Program-made: the position numbers and the translations under genes
Assembly (NCBI GenBank): GCA_043228905.1
Contig: JBHGNT010000001.1
Coordinates: 28,458,001 to 28,522,000, forward strand
Source: Azolla caroliniana
Taxonomy: Eukaryota > Plantae > Polypodiophyta
Direction of reading: 5' to 3'
DNA: 64,000 bases
Shown here: positions 12,579 to 25,797 of the stretch, one piece after another
Layout of the letters: each line of letters starts with the position of its first letter
Numbering within the stretch: position 1 is the first letter of the stretch
Notes under the pieces: generated by a model
The model's database searches: none
Told to the model about the DNA's origin: nothing
What the model saw: only the letters and a program-made list of their open reading frames with translations

Positions 12579-14679
12579 GTAAATTTATCTTCTGTACAAA
12601 ATTACAAATATATCCTTCTCATTCTTCTATTTATTAGAACTATATTCCTTGAGATTTACATTTCTGTGCTTGTTCACAAAACAAAAAATTATCGACCCAA
12701 GAATGATACATATTCCTATGAGGCACAAACAAACGGACACAAAAGTGCATAATTGAAGCCACAATGGAATGGTGGAAGCATAGAGGGATAAACATGATCA
12801 GATCATGGAGGTTGTGAGTGCGAGTGGAGGGAAGTTGAGTTTGTAAAGCCCAATGACAAAGATAAAGACATGGAATACCTCATTTAATGTTATGTGGAAT
12901 ACCTCACTCAGAGGCAAAGACATGGAATACCATTGAAGGATTAGAGTCCACTTTGCAAGAGGCGAGCAAAAAACAAGGCGAAATGGGCTAAAGACAATCA
13001 ATGAAGTAGAGGCGTCGATTGATATGACGAAAACAACATGCACAAGATAGTTGCAATGCTTTTCATTGAGACGTTTCAACCTTTCAAGCACATTATTCAT
13101 TGAGATGATATTGATCAACACAAACGGGTCGATTGAGAGTATATGAGGGCAATCATATATTATTTCCCTACTAGCACTCCTTGTTATGTTGAATTCTATG
13201 GGGGACAATCACCTTACAATATTTCAAGTGAGGATATTTAGGAGTTCTCAAATATGGACACATTGTCTTGCTTTGAGACTTCAATGATAAGAAAGAGGCC
13301 ACCACTGCTTTGATACTTTAAATAAATGTCCAAATTTATAATGTCATTGTTGTGTTTGGGTTAAGGATCCAAATTGTCTAGAGATTTCACTATGGAAGAT
13401 ACCTTTGGAGATGAAGATCTACATACATGTCAAACCGCACATGTATCAACTACCAAGTGCCTTATTTGCTTAGGCATAGCGTAGCGCAATGGATTATATT
13501 CTTGCCCCCCCCACCACACTAGTGCCTCGTTGACATGAACTCTCAGTGACTTATCATTGGTGTAACAATGGATCATGCACACTTTAGTGGATTTACGTTA
13601 GTGTTCTACGCAAACAAAATGCGCAGTACCATCCAAAGTATACTTTTCTCAAGGAAGCAAATGTAGTGTACACTTGAACAATCTACCAAACTCCTTGATG
13701 GAAGAATCCTTTGTTGCACTCTTGCAAAGTTGGCATAGGTCATGATTGAAACTCTATGCTCAATTGTGATTTAATCATTGCCATGTACTTAAGTCTTAGA
13801 TAGGGAGATAAAATTCAAGCACAATGCCTCCAAAGAATTGGTATAATTATGTGTAGAGAGATAAGAGCCCAACTACAAAGAGAGGTAGCCATGGGCCTCA
13901 CTAGTCACGACTAATATAATAGCACATCACCTTTCCCGACCAAATTCAAAGAAGAGGGGGATTTCTAGTTGAATTAGAGAAAGGGAAGGACCAATTATTT
14001 ATGAGTTACACTGAAGACATGGCAACTCATGAGGAACCAAATCTACAAAAATGCTACAAAATCTTCATCACGTTAATCAATGTTAGCCTCTTATCATTAT
14101 GAAACCTTGTTATATTAATTTGTTACAAATGTATTCCACTACATGTTCATGCTTTACAAACAAAAAAAAACATTTTGTCTTTCAAACTTACCTATGAAAC
14201 GTCCTTTTCTTCCACACATTCCTCAACTTCTCAAAATTTCCTGTCATCACCACAATGCATCTATTCCACCATCAATCCCAACTGTCTTCAACCACCTTAG
14301 ACACTAACATTTCATTTTTATCAATTAGAGATGGATAAATTTAGGTTAATTAGTCATTGTTGAAGATTTAAAAAAATTTGGGCTACAAAGATGCTCGATA
14401 AAGTGTGACTCTAATTATCTTTGCACAACTCCGTGGACTTAGCCGTGATTCAGTATATAGTTTTGGTGACAGATGATCAATCATATTAGTATTTGGTTTT
14501 GGAGCCCTTATGTTGGGCAGATGAAGCAAGTGCTTAGATAAAGAGATGTGACATTTTTCATTTCTAAAGAGTAAAAGCTGAGCCCTATTTGTTTTGCTTC
14601 TTTTACACATACATGTTGGCATTATTGTACATCTTCCTTTTTGTTGCAACCAATAGCAAATTCTGGACATGGTCAAGCT

Positions 14680-16656
14680 TCAGAATGTGAAAAAGTTTTG
14701 ATTTTTTCTATCTGATTCTTGAATACTCATGAAGAAAAAATCATCATTGTCATCATCCATAAAGTCATAATCAGTTACCCTCTCACGTTGCTTCTTAACA
14801 CCTTTCCTTCTTTCTTGTATCTTTTCAGCTTCATCCCATCGCCCAAGAGCTGCATATATGTTTGATATTGACACATAAGGTGCGGCACTTTCTGGATCTG
14901 TTCTTATCACTTGTCTTATAATTCGGATTCCCCGGTCCACATCTGAATGAGCTTTACAACTAGCTAACAAAGTAGCCCAAGAAGCCGCATTTGGTCGAAA
15001 AGAAGACATGCTATAGAGCAAGGCTTCTCCATTATCTAGTTGTCCTGACCTCCCAAGAAGATCAACCATGCAATTGAAGTGTTCTGTGGTTGGTTCAATA
15101 CCATGAAAACTAACCATAAACTCAAACCAAAAACAGCCCTCATACAATAAGCCAGCATGGCTACATGCCGAGAGTATACTAAAATAGGTCGAATCAGTCG
15201 CTCGAACACCTTTGCATAACATCTCTTCAAATAGATGAAAGCAAAATTCGCTTGATCCATGTTGTGCATAGGCAGCAACCATCGCATTCCAAGATATAAC
15301 ATTCTTTTGTTGCATTTTGCCGAATGTTAGTTTTGCACCATGTAAGTCCCCACATTTGGCATACATGTTAACAAGAGCAGTTCCAGATATAACATCTGAT
15401 TCGTCCTTTCCTCCTGATAGAAAACAATGTAAGCGTTTTCCTTCCATTAAGGAGCCCTCATTTACACATGCAGAGAGTAATGTTATGCAACTAACTTCAT
15501 CGGGCAGAATACCTTCTTCTCGCATTTGCTTGAAAAGATTAAATGCTTCTTCATTTTGACCTTGATGAATGTAAGCTTCAGCCATTACATTCCACGATAT
15601 AACATCTCGTTCTGACATAGACACAAAAACATAGTGTGCTAGCTCCAAATCTCCACATTTTCCATGCATATCAAGTAATGCATTTTCCACCTTCACATCT
15701 GAGTCAAATGTTTCATTTAGAATGTAAACATGCATTCTTTTTCCTTGTGAAAGGTCGCTGAGGCTGGTACAAGCGGGAAGCAATGTGATAAAAGTGACCT
15801 TATTGGGAATAATACCTTCCATTTCCATACATCGAAACAATTGAATTGCTTCTTTTGCTCTCTCATATTTTGTATACAAGGCAAACATGGCATTCCAAGA
15901 GATAACATTCTTTTCTTGTATTAGATCAAACACTCTCAATGCATTGTTCAAGCTACCACATTTTCCATACATGTTAAGAAGAGCTGTGCCCGCGATGGAG
16001 TCATATTCCAATCCGAAGAATTGCATATTAACGTGAATCCATTGCCCACCAAGAAGGCCTGAAATGCTTGAGCAAGATGAAAGCACAGTAACAAATGTGA
16101 CTTGATCTGGTATGAAATTCTCCATTTGCATATGAAGAAACAATGGATAAACATTAAAATTTTGATCATTTTGTATGTATGCTCCCATAAGGAGGTTCCA
16201 TGAGTATACATTCTTGAAAGGTAAGTTATAGAAGATTGAGGCAGACTCTGCTATAGCTCCACAATTTCCATACATTTGTATAAGAAGATTCGCAAAGAAT
16301 GTGTTGCTATCATCGATGCTATTTGAGCCTCCCTTCGCCACAAGGAGGTCGTGGATTCTCTTACCATGAGAGAAGCTTCTTAGTTCACCACATTTCCTCA
16401 ACAGGGAAGCGTATACAGAAACAGGGTCTTTGGTATCGGTGTCAATGATACTCTGAGGATGCCCTAACTGGTCCCGTGAAGCTTTACATGGTGATGGTGA
16501 TGGTGACCATGGCGATGATATGTTTGATGGGGGCGAGGGTGATGCCAATGGTGATGATGATGGATTATGACTGATCAATGGGAGTTCTTGTTCTGCGTAC
16601 CTGAGGATCAATGTGTGTTGGGCGATCTCACATCGCCTGAGAAGCTTGGCAGCCAT
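14680..16656 (-). CDS. Pentatricopeptide repeat protein, PLS class with E domain and no DYW (organellar RNA-editing factor type)
   Basis: Intronless 658-aa ORF with repeated P-L-S motifs (NLLIQMYGNCG, NVISWNAM, TALLNMYGKCG, TFITLLPAC), then SILSACSHAGL, EHFNCMVDLLGRSG, WATLLASCKAH and APYVSISNIYAALGRWDEA..GVKKQ (E1/E2), followed by a short acidic tail. Confidence 0.95.
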   Translation of the reverse strand: MAAKLLRRCEIAQHTLILRYAEQELPLISHNPSSSPLASPSPPSNISSPWSPSPSPCKASRDQLGHPQSIIDTDTKDPVSVYASLLRKCGELRSFSHGKRIHDLLVAKGGSNSIDDSNTFFANLLIQMYGNCGAIAESASIFYNLPFKNVYSWNLLMGAYIQNDQNFNVYPLFLHMQMENFIPDQVTFVTVLSSCSSISGLLGGQWIHVNMQFFGLEYDSIAGTALLNMYGKCGSLNNALRVFDLIQEKNVISWNAMFALYTKYERAKEAIQLFRCMEMEGIIPNKVTFITLLPACTSLSDLSQGKRMHVYILNETFDSDVKVENALLDMHGKCGDLELAHYVFVSMSERDVISWNVMAEAYIHQGQNEEAFNLFKQMREEGILPDEVSCITLLSACVNEGSLMEGKRLHCFLSGGKDESDVISGTALVNMYAKCGDLHGAKLTFGKMQQKNVISWNAMVAAYAQHGSSEFCFHLFEEMLCKGVRATDSTYFSILSACSHAGLLYEGCFWFEFMVSFHGIEPTTEHFNCMVDLLGRSGQLDNGEALLYSMSSFRPNAASWATLLASCKAHSDVDRGIRIIRQVIRTDPESAAPYVSISNIYAALGRWDEAEKIQERRKGVKKQRERVTDYDFMDDDNDDFFFMSIQESDRKNQNFFTF

Positions 16657-16669
16657 CCATGTCCACCTT

Positions 16670-16677
16670 AAACCCTA
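16670..16677. promoter_or_regulatory. Telo-box motif (AAACCCTA) just upstream of the PPR start codon
   Basis: The sequence reads TTAAACCCTAAACCCC about 14 bp from the ATG; the telo-box is a known plant promoter/5'UTR element. Function not shown. Confidence 0.4.
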
Positions 16678-18793
16678 AACCCCACACCTTTGATATAAAA
16701 GCCTTGTGGGCACTACATATGCATTTCTCGGGTCCTTGGGGCCGCGGCTGACACATATGTATTCGAAGCTCGCTTTCAGCTTTTGATTCTCGTAATCGAA
16801 TAAAATGAGGCTTTTAAAAAAACCAGTCTTTACCCCCGGACACCTAAATGCGGTGTGATATAGCCATTACAAGACAATCTTGTGGGAACATCCCTATCCT
16901 AATTTTAGGGTTGCGTCTCTCAACGAGATCCGATTCACATCTTTAGATTTGGATGGTTTGGTGATCAATTCGGTGCATTTATATGAGAGGTCCTTGCTGA
17001 GGGTTACGCTCAAATGGTGGATCTATGGGCTACATAAAGTAGCATGAGCCGCATCTTAATATTTGGGTTGTTTAATGATCAAATTACTATTGAGATGAGG
17101 GTTGCCAAAGTCCTCCATTGGCCACTTTGAACTAGATTTGTAGCATATATAAATGGCAAATGGCAAATTTTGAAAACTATTCCATTGGATAAACTTTGAT
17201 TGATCATGCAAGGCATCAAAGATCACATATCCCTTGGCCAATAGTCTAAATGGATATATGCCTTTGAAGTGTCATGGTTCCTGTCTCTGTCTTTGGTCTT
17301 ATGAATTACTTTGGACCATCGACTACTGCGCCTTGCCACATATTTTCAAAGCATCCACTTCATGGACTCACGGAAAGCTTTAGATAATCCAATTAGAAAC
17401 ACGTCCAAGTCCATCAACTAAGACTCGTGGTCTACAAAGTAATATATGGCATGTCGTTTTGAATAGAAAACAATGCATGCTCGAGTTCATCCCTACACGA
17501 GCATTGCAAATAGAAAGTATGAAGTAGAGGTATCAAACAACTGTGTCTGACACCTATGTTGTTTTATCAACTTGGATTTGAGAATTTGAATCTATCAATA
17601 ATTTACCACGGTGCCTTATGTAGATGGGTCAGTGCTTTGGTAAAATGATGCAATTGGAATCTTGATAAATAATGGATTGTGAATTTATGATACAAATGTG
17701 TCAAATGCTTATATCTCGATCATTAGATGGACTTGTACTAGGTAACCCAAACAACCAATGTGTGAAAGACTAATTAACCTAAACAACATATCATCAAAAT
17801 CACTTAAGGCAACACTTTCAAAAAGAGGTGCACATGATCACCCATTTATTCTTTCCCAATGTGATATGCACTAGTGTGTTAGTTATCAAAGCATTGTATT
17901 GCTCAACTTTTATATCGTCTGTTATTAACAATATTGCATCGAATGAGAAAAATAAAACAAAGTTATGCACCAACATTGTTTTTGTCAACTTTTTAAACTA
18001 CAAATGATCTCGATGATTGGACACTTCCAAACATTATTCGCTTAAGTATGCTGCTAAAACAAAGTGCACGCTACCTTTAGGGGGAGCATGGATGATCAAC
18101 ATCAAAAACAAGTTGCACACTAGTTTCTAACAAAGAAAAGCAAAAGAAGTTTGGGTACATGAAGATAAGCCTTGGACTGATGCACAAGGCCAACAATGGG
18201 TACAAAGGGTGAAACTATGCAAACCTAATGTATGGTTGAGAAAGCAACACTAGACATGCATTGTCTCGTGTTCTCTTTTCCCTAAGCACAGAAGCCCTTT
18301 TTCGAGCAAAAACATCAAGATATCCCCTACTTGTTGGACAAAATACCCCTAAATTATGATAACACAACTCACACATTGAACAACATCAAAAAAATTGTGT
18401 CTCTTCATCGCGTGTAAACCCCGACAATTGTCGATGAACAAAAAGCTCGTTTTGGGTGTTAGAAACACCAAGGTACACACATATGTATACATTATAGATA
18501 GCTCCATATGCAAGTCCATATGGTCTCTCTCTCCCCCCCTCCGGGTCACTGGCACCAAAAGCTCGTGTGGGTTGGGTGGATGCCATGCCAAGTTGTGGTG
18601 GTGTGAAAAGGGTCAAGACCCCCCCCCCCCCCCCCCCCCCCCCTTCTCTCCTTATATTCCTGTTTTTTGGCAAAGGAGAAAAAGGGTTCATTTTTCTACC
18701 TTCTGTTCTTGTGGATCTGCAGGACAAACAGAGGCAGAAGAAGAAAAAACAAACCAAACAGAGCTGCTTGCTTCTTCTCGACTCTCTATAACC

Positions 18794-21700
18794 ATGTAAG
18801 TTTCTTCATGCGTCCATTCCCTTTTGGAGGAAACCTCCCCCTTTCTTCTTTTCTCTCTCCTCTGTATTTGTATATTCGTCCCTCGTTTGGAAACAACAAT
18901 GTTCTTATTTCCTTTTCTCAGATTTCTATCGCTTTGTGTAAGGTTGGTTCCAGTAAAGTTCATTTTTCTGGATGCAAATTTAAGTTATTATTATTATTCC
19001 AGATTTATAGCTTGTCAAGTTTTTGACTTTAGCACGCTCTGTACTTTTTGTGTGTTTTTGTTCTCGGATCATAACCTTTGATTCATATTTTTTTGCATGT
19101 CCTTTCGTTTTTTTATAATCACATTTATATATATTTTTATATGGCGTAGCATTACGTAGGTATCTATGAGCAATTCATAGCATGAAGCTCAATTTTTTTT
19201 TCAGGGTTTCAAGAGTGAAACCCAATATGAATGGATAAGTGGTATGTCAATTGCCCAGACACGTACTAACTAAGGTTTCTCAAGTATAGGGTGCACAGGG
19301 TGCATATACATACATGTATATTGATGTTTTATGGTGTATGAAAATAACAAAGTCAAATGGAAAGTAGCAGTCTGCCTTGTGAAAAGCATTATCTAGTATT
19401 TCGGGCTGTTTCAGCATCAATATTAATTAGATTTGTGAAAAAGAAAATGGCGATTTTACAATCAGGATGACTTTTTTTGTAAAAAATTTTAAACGCATAG
19501 TAGCATGCTGGCCTTAAAAATAACTTTAAATATTTAAAATTTTTAATTTTTTATGAAACCTTTACTTTGGCCTTCAAATTTAAGGATTGATTTCTACTCG
19601 AATCTTATTGATGGTTCGTCATTCTTTAAATTTATGAATAATAGAAGCATAATGTTTGGTAATTAAAAGCTCAAATTATTGCTCATTCATATGGTTGGTC
19701 CTGCATGACAAGAAGTTTGAAGGATTATTGAAGAAATAGATTTACTACAATATTGAACACGACCCTTACATAAGGTCTAGGACCCAAAGAAATTAGTTTA
19801 GTCTAAGTGTGAATTGCTATACATGGCTAGCAGACTATGGAGGTTAGGAGAATTACATAATTTTCAAGTCAAATCAATGTACATTCGTCAATCCATTCAT
19901 TTATGTCCTATCTGCATACATTTGAAGAATAAACTATAAACTGTACTTTCAAGGTAATATGTATGTGATTAGAGTTGATAACATTTTGTTTAATTGTGTA
20001 GAAGGTATAGTGAAGAAATTGGGCAATTAAGACTTGAGTTTTTTACTGTGAAGGTCTGATGAAGCTGATGAGGTTGTCGACCCCAAACGTGACCTTGAGG
20101 AATTATGCAAACCAAAATGTGTGAAACCATTGCTAGAATATCAGGTAATTTATGGTGTTCTTCTTCCCAGAACTTCTTTTTGTTCTCTGAAATGGATGCT
20201 TTAACGATATGGGTGTTGTGTGTAGCAATGGGCCCAGTTCGGTTTTGGTTCGGTTCGGTTTCTTGGCCTTGAAACCAAACCAAACCATTTATGAAAACCG
20301 AACCAAACCGTTTAAAATTTATGAAGCCATTTAAACCGAACCGAACCGTTAAACCAAACTGTTTAAAGAATAGGAGAAACCAAACCGTTTAAAACCAAAC
20401 TGTTTACGAAAAATTTAAAACCAAACCAAACCAACCCGGTTTATCATAAATCAAAACCAAACCAAACCAAACCATTTTTTATTGATATTCGTCATCATAC
20501 TTATTATAAATTTGTGTGAGAAAATCATCATAAATTTTGTCATCATACGGATCATAAATTTGATCATCATACTTATCATAAATTTGATCATCACACTTAT
20601 CATATTTGATTATCATAAATGAAAAGGAGACTCTACATATAATGCATATAAAATTTAATAAGTTAAAACTAGAGTTTAAAATTAAAAGTTGAAAGTTAGA
20701 GCCTACAAGGAAAATTTATGAATATTTTTTAACCTATAAACCTTTAAACATTTAAACTGAACCACATAAATAGAAACCGATAAGCCGATAAAACGCTAAA
20801 TTCAAAACCGAATCGAATTGAAACCGTTTAGTAACATTTGAAACCAAACCAAACCGTTTATTTATTTTCGAACCTATAAACTGTTAAGCCATGGTTTTTC
20901 GGTTCGGTTTGAGCCAAAACCGGGCCCATTGCTAGTTGTGTGCTGTTTTGTTACGTTGGTATTCAGACATTATTGACAGCTACATGGTTTGAGTTAGACA
21001 CTGCTTCTTTTCGACTTTGAAAATGCTAGAGTGACTTCTATACTATGCTTATATGCGGTGTGTGTTCAGCTATTCAATCCATTCCATATCATGTCCATCT
21101 CACTCGTTTTCACCTCTCTCTCCGATTGACTCACGTCAATGCATTCAATCTGTAAGCTCAGATTACCAAGATAAGGTGGCTAGTTATTTTCTTCATGCTG
21201 TTTCTCTATTTTTAAAATAGGTATTTTAACTACATGGGTGTTGTGTGTCGTTTCATTACTTCTGCTGCTTTTTGACTCTGCGAAATGCTATAGTGACCCT
21301 TAATAATATGCTTGTGTGAAGTACCTCTCAAGTCATTTGACCCATTCCTTGTCATCCCTTCGTTTTTTTAACCCTCTATCTGATTGACTCACTTAAGTGC
21401 ATTTAGTCTGTAAGCTCAGACCACCTAGATAAGAAGTGGGCTAGTCTATTTTTGTCATGCTGGAGCAAATGAGTTTTTTAACACGATTCTCATTAACACT
21501 TTGAATTTCCCTGTGAGAAATAAAGAAAAATCGGGCGCTGGTATTTGCGAATTTCTTCCCTATTTTGGGTATTACCTCGTGATTATATTTTTTTTTTTGG
21601 AATTTGATGTATTTTAGCTCTTACTTTTTTCAGGCATGTGTTAAACGAGTCGAGGCAGACACAACAGGGCATAAACATTGTACAGGGCAGTATTTTGATT

Positions 21701-21854
21701 TCTGGTCGTGCATTGACAAATGTGTATGTGCATGAATTTATAACCTTCTGCTTCTTTCTGGAGTGTTTTGTTATGCCAAATTGATCTGTTAATTAAATGT
21801 ATTGATCTTTTTCTTTTGTAGGTGGCACCAAAACTTTTCAACAAGACTAAGTGA
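18794..21854 (+). CDS. QCR6: Cytochrome b-c1 complex subunit 6 (ubiquinol-cytochrome c reductase hinge protein), 71 aa
   Basis: Exons 18794-18795 (AT), 20054-20144, 21634-21723 and 21822-21854, all GT-AG, give MSDEADEVVDPKRDLEELCKPKCVKPLLEYQACVKRVEADTTGHKHCTGQYFDFWSCIDKCVAPKLFNKTK*, the typical plant QCR6 sequence. It is absent from the ORF track because the exons are short. Confidence 0.95.
20223..20934. mobile_element. Non-autonomous hAT-type MITE in QCR6 intron 2
   Basis: TIR TAGCAATGGGCCC / GGGCCCATTGCTA (extends to 17 bp with one mismatch), perfect 8-bp TSD GTTGTGTG at 20215-20222 and 20935-20942, and dense subterminal AAACC(G/A) motifs. Confidence 0.93.
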
Positions 21855-23181
21855 ACACATTCAAGTTTGGAAAGTTTTTATGTTATTTTGATATGTCATC
21901 TGATTTCAGCTGCTGCCTCGGGTTACGGCTAGCAATTGTTTTGAGTATATATATACTGTGAAGAAACTTGATGAGTTCAGTAGAACCAAGTTTTTGATTC
22001 GAAATAATGTGGACTAAATCCTTTTAACAATTTGTTTCCCAAATTGATGTCGGTTTTGACAATACTGAAATGACAAATTTCATTTCAAATATCTTTACTT
22101 TACTGTTAAGGTTTTGTCTATGAAAGAAATTGTGCCTATTGTTGGTGCATGTTGAATGGCTTCACAATGGATAGCTTAGAGATTGTGAAGAAATGAAAAT
22201 ACGTTAGTCAGAAACTGTCATTAAGAAAAGGATATATATTTTATTATGATAGTAAAACACTAATATATGTATTTCTTGTTAGAGGATAGTGTTTAATGCC
22301 ATTTTAACTGTGAAATGATTTGTCGTGAATAATTAAAAAATCCTAGCAAACTACTTAATGTTTAATTGTAGAAAAAATATCCGACTGTAGGTCACTCCTG
22401 AACAGCACTTATCCCGAATAGCTGTCATGGTTCAAGTTTGGTGATGTTTAACTAATTTCATCATATCAAAATCATTCTGTTCCAACAAATAATACTAGTA
22501 TACAGATACATCCAGGGTCTTAAAAGCAATAGTCTATACTACTAAACCAAATATGAGTCAGCGATAATAATGTATATAACACAGTCTTGCAACATGACCT
22601 GATAACTCTGCTATGATTGTGGAATAGTTAATACCCGTTATTATATATATTTAATCTAAACAACAAACCAGCTTCTGTTATAAAACCTTTAGTCAACTGT
22701 GTATCAATAATCACTATAAAGGAGAAATTCTTCCTGCAAATCATGGCCCATATTTGAAAATGTTACCCCATTGGAAAAATACAATCATTCATTCCTTTTT
22801 CATAAAGTGCATCCTCATTCCCACATTCAACATGCAAAACTGCAGCATAAAGCAGCAACTGTATTACAACATATCAAGTGGATATGTCTTTCAAAAGAAT
22901 GAGTAAAAACTCAAAAACCATCAGGGTTACCCAAAATAGGGTCAAGTCCAGACACAAGATGTCCATCCATTCCTTTTCATAACATTTCATTATCATGCTA
23001 AAAACATTCAGGGGAGGAATTGGATTGCAACTTATTTTACAACTTATCAAGAAATTCCGCTAGTAGAATCCTTCAGAAGATGCCTAAAAAGCTCAACAAC
23101 TTGTATTACAACATATATGAAGACCAACTCGTAGATTTCTTTTTAAGAAGCTACCATTAATGAATCTCTCCATTGATACTG

Positions 23182-23696
23182 TTAGGTCTCCTCTAGAGAA
23201 GAATCTGATTGCAAATTCTTCAATCTACGGATGTAGTTGTCATTCGCCATGTTTTTCAGTTTGTCTACCTCAGCCCTAAGTGCCACATTCTTTACATGTG
23301 TGTGTTCCAAGAATCCCGCCACTGCGTCAAACACTGCAAATAGCCTGGATGCCTCTTGCTGTATTTCATTCTCACACAAAACCTCGGTCTGCTCAAGCTC
23401 CTTTTTGGCAGTCTTAAGTACATGGAAAATAATTGATTAAAAGTTAGGGAAATATAAAAAAGACATCTGTAACACTCCAATATATCAATAAAGCATCCAT
23501 CCTTTCATAATAATATAAACGAAAACATACTAATACGCTTCATAGCTTTTCACAGCAGCTTGGTGAAAGGGCAAGATTTCAGGGAAGAATATAAAAACAC
23601 CTTTATTAATACTTTTAAGACACCGATAGTGTTGTTACTAGTTTTTAAAATGCTAAAACATCTTCAGTGGGGGAAAGAAATGTTTTTGGATCTGCT

Positions 23697-23737
<41 letters not shown>

Positions 23738-25797
23738 GATTACATCTTCTTTAGCATCCATGGGACCTAAGTACACAAGTTTTCTTGCTGTGTGACTCCT
23801 TCCTAAGAAGGGATATTCATACTTTGGGGGGGGGGGAGAGAGAGAGAGAGAGAGAGAGAGACTTTGGCAATAAGATTTCCTCCTTACTTGAAAACTAAGG
23901 GTGTAAGCTTAGCAAGATTATAAAGATTGGTTAAGTTTGTGTTTAGCAAGTTTAAATCAACACCCACCAAATTTAAACCTAGCAAATTTCAAGAAGTCAA
24001 CTCTCATTGTTCTGTATTTTTTTAATTATCCTGTAGAACATGACGCTCTTCCTTCCACATTCAGACCAAGAATATTTTGATTACACTTAGCACTCACTCT
24101 ACAAACCATGAGAGCTCATAAGCAATTAAAGGTAATACCTCGTATCTTTCTGCACTTTCAAGCTCGCGAGCTTTGAGTTTTTCTTCACTTTCATCTATTC
24201 GTGTCCGAATCTTTTGAATTGCCAACAGAATGGAATCCAATTTCTCCTGCCTCTTTTTGCAAACAGCCTCAAGCTGGCCCCAAATTTATTCCATCAAAAT
24301 AACAAACGATTCCCATTTGAAAACAAAAACAAAGAGAGCATGTGTAGCTCGAAACAAAATACCTCCTTCATTTTTGATTCCAACTGTACATTACTAGCTT
24401 GTTTCTCTTGCAGTGCATCCTCTTTCGAGCTTATTTCCTTTAAGATATCAGTGGATTCTTTCCACTTCTCTCGTACGCTCTTCTCCATGTCATCTAGCAT
24501 GGCACTCAAATGCGGTCTTATAGTCTTCTTGATGTCAATTCCAATCATATCTTGTGCAGTTTCACCTCTCGGATTCAAGTGGATCTCAAATGGGTTTCCA
24601 GAGCCATTGAATACTTTTAATCTAAAGATCACTAATAGGCCGTTAGTAATGTGATATCACATAATCACACACCTCAAAAAACAGGGGAGTATAGAGATAC
24701 CTCTTCATTGCATGATTTGATTCAAGAGCAATATTCTCAAGTTTCTTCAGTGTCTTAGATACAAGAACCTCTAAATCCCAAGTTTCTTTCTCCTTCTGCT
24801 TCCTCGAAGTAGAAGCTGATAGCAAATCTTCTGAAACTCTTGCCAATTCTCTAGACATCTTATCGATGTCTTCCACCTTGACCGTCTGAATAGCAACACG
24901 CTGTGCCAGAGACTGGTTCTCAGCAGTTATTGTCTCTAGTTCAGCTTTTTTTGATTCAAGCTGTTGTTTATGTTGTTCTACCTTCTTCTCATGGCTCGCC
25001 TTGTGCGATGTGAGATTCTGAATAAGTGAGTGAAACTTCCCAGAATCTGAAAGAAGCATAGATTTCTTCGTTTCGAGAGCAACAACAGGATTAAGCTCGG
25101 ATTGCAAACCTTGAAGTTTAGCCTCAAGTTCAGTTATCTGCTCGGCTATGAGTTGAGCATTCTGCCTAGCTTCATCTGTGGCTTCAGAGCTCTGAAAGGT
25201 AATTTGTTCATCCAGAACTGCACAACCTGCATCATCACCTTGCAAGAAACAAGAGTAGCTTTGTGCCACATATTCTAATATTGAATCAAATTCAGCATCA
25301 TTTTCAGATTTTCCAGATGCCTCTTTTTCACAGCCATTCAATAGGTCAACGAGCCAAGCAAGGGCAGCAAGAAGATTGGGCCATGAGTGTGGAGACCCAG
25401 CAGCATATAACGCACTTTTGCTGATCTGGCAAGGGTAGCCCAATACTCGAAAGAATAAGGGCACATCATCTTCGAGCTTGATGAGGCGATAAGTGTGATC
25501 GACTTGCTGGAAAAGAAACTCGATCATGTTATGGATATCTTTACCTGAAGGTAGCAATTTGGGAGAGATAGGGAAAGTATAGCCATGTGTGGTGAGATAT
25601 TCGACAAGGCGGCGCATACTGGAAGTTTGGAAAGATTTGTCATTGATTGGTCGTGGATCTTGCCGGGGTTGAGACCCTTTTCCATATATGACTGAGGAGC
25701 GACGAGAAAGGCTAGGTCTGCCTGGTCCAGCCAATGAGTATCGAGGGGGTGGGGCAGCATTTCGAGAGGGTTTGCTTAGATTCCCTCTCCCAGCCAT
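23182..25797 (-). CDS. NDC80: Kinetochore protein NDC80/HEC1 homolog, about 573 aa
   Basis: Exons 25797-24701, 24621-24363, 24273-24139 and 23412-23182 join in frame with GT-AG borders. Basic N-terminal tail, DPRPINDKSFQ, CH-domain motif LGYPCQISKSALYAAGSPHSWPNLLAALAWL, then a long coiled coil. Confidence 0.93.
23699..23861. repeat. Two (GA)n microsatellites and a poly-G run in NDC80 intron 3
   Basis: GA runs at about 23699-23734 and 23836-23861, the latter preceded by a G homopolymer. Confidence 0.85.

Noticed and set aside
18349-19081. Several overlapping ORFs with poly-Pro or poly-Gly
   Set aside because: They come from a poly-C homopolymer and low-complexity promoter, 5'UTR and intron sequence of QCR6.
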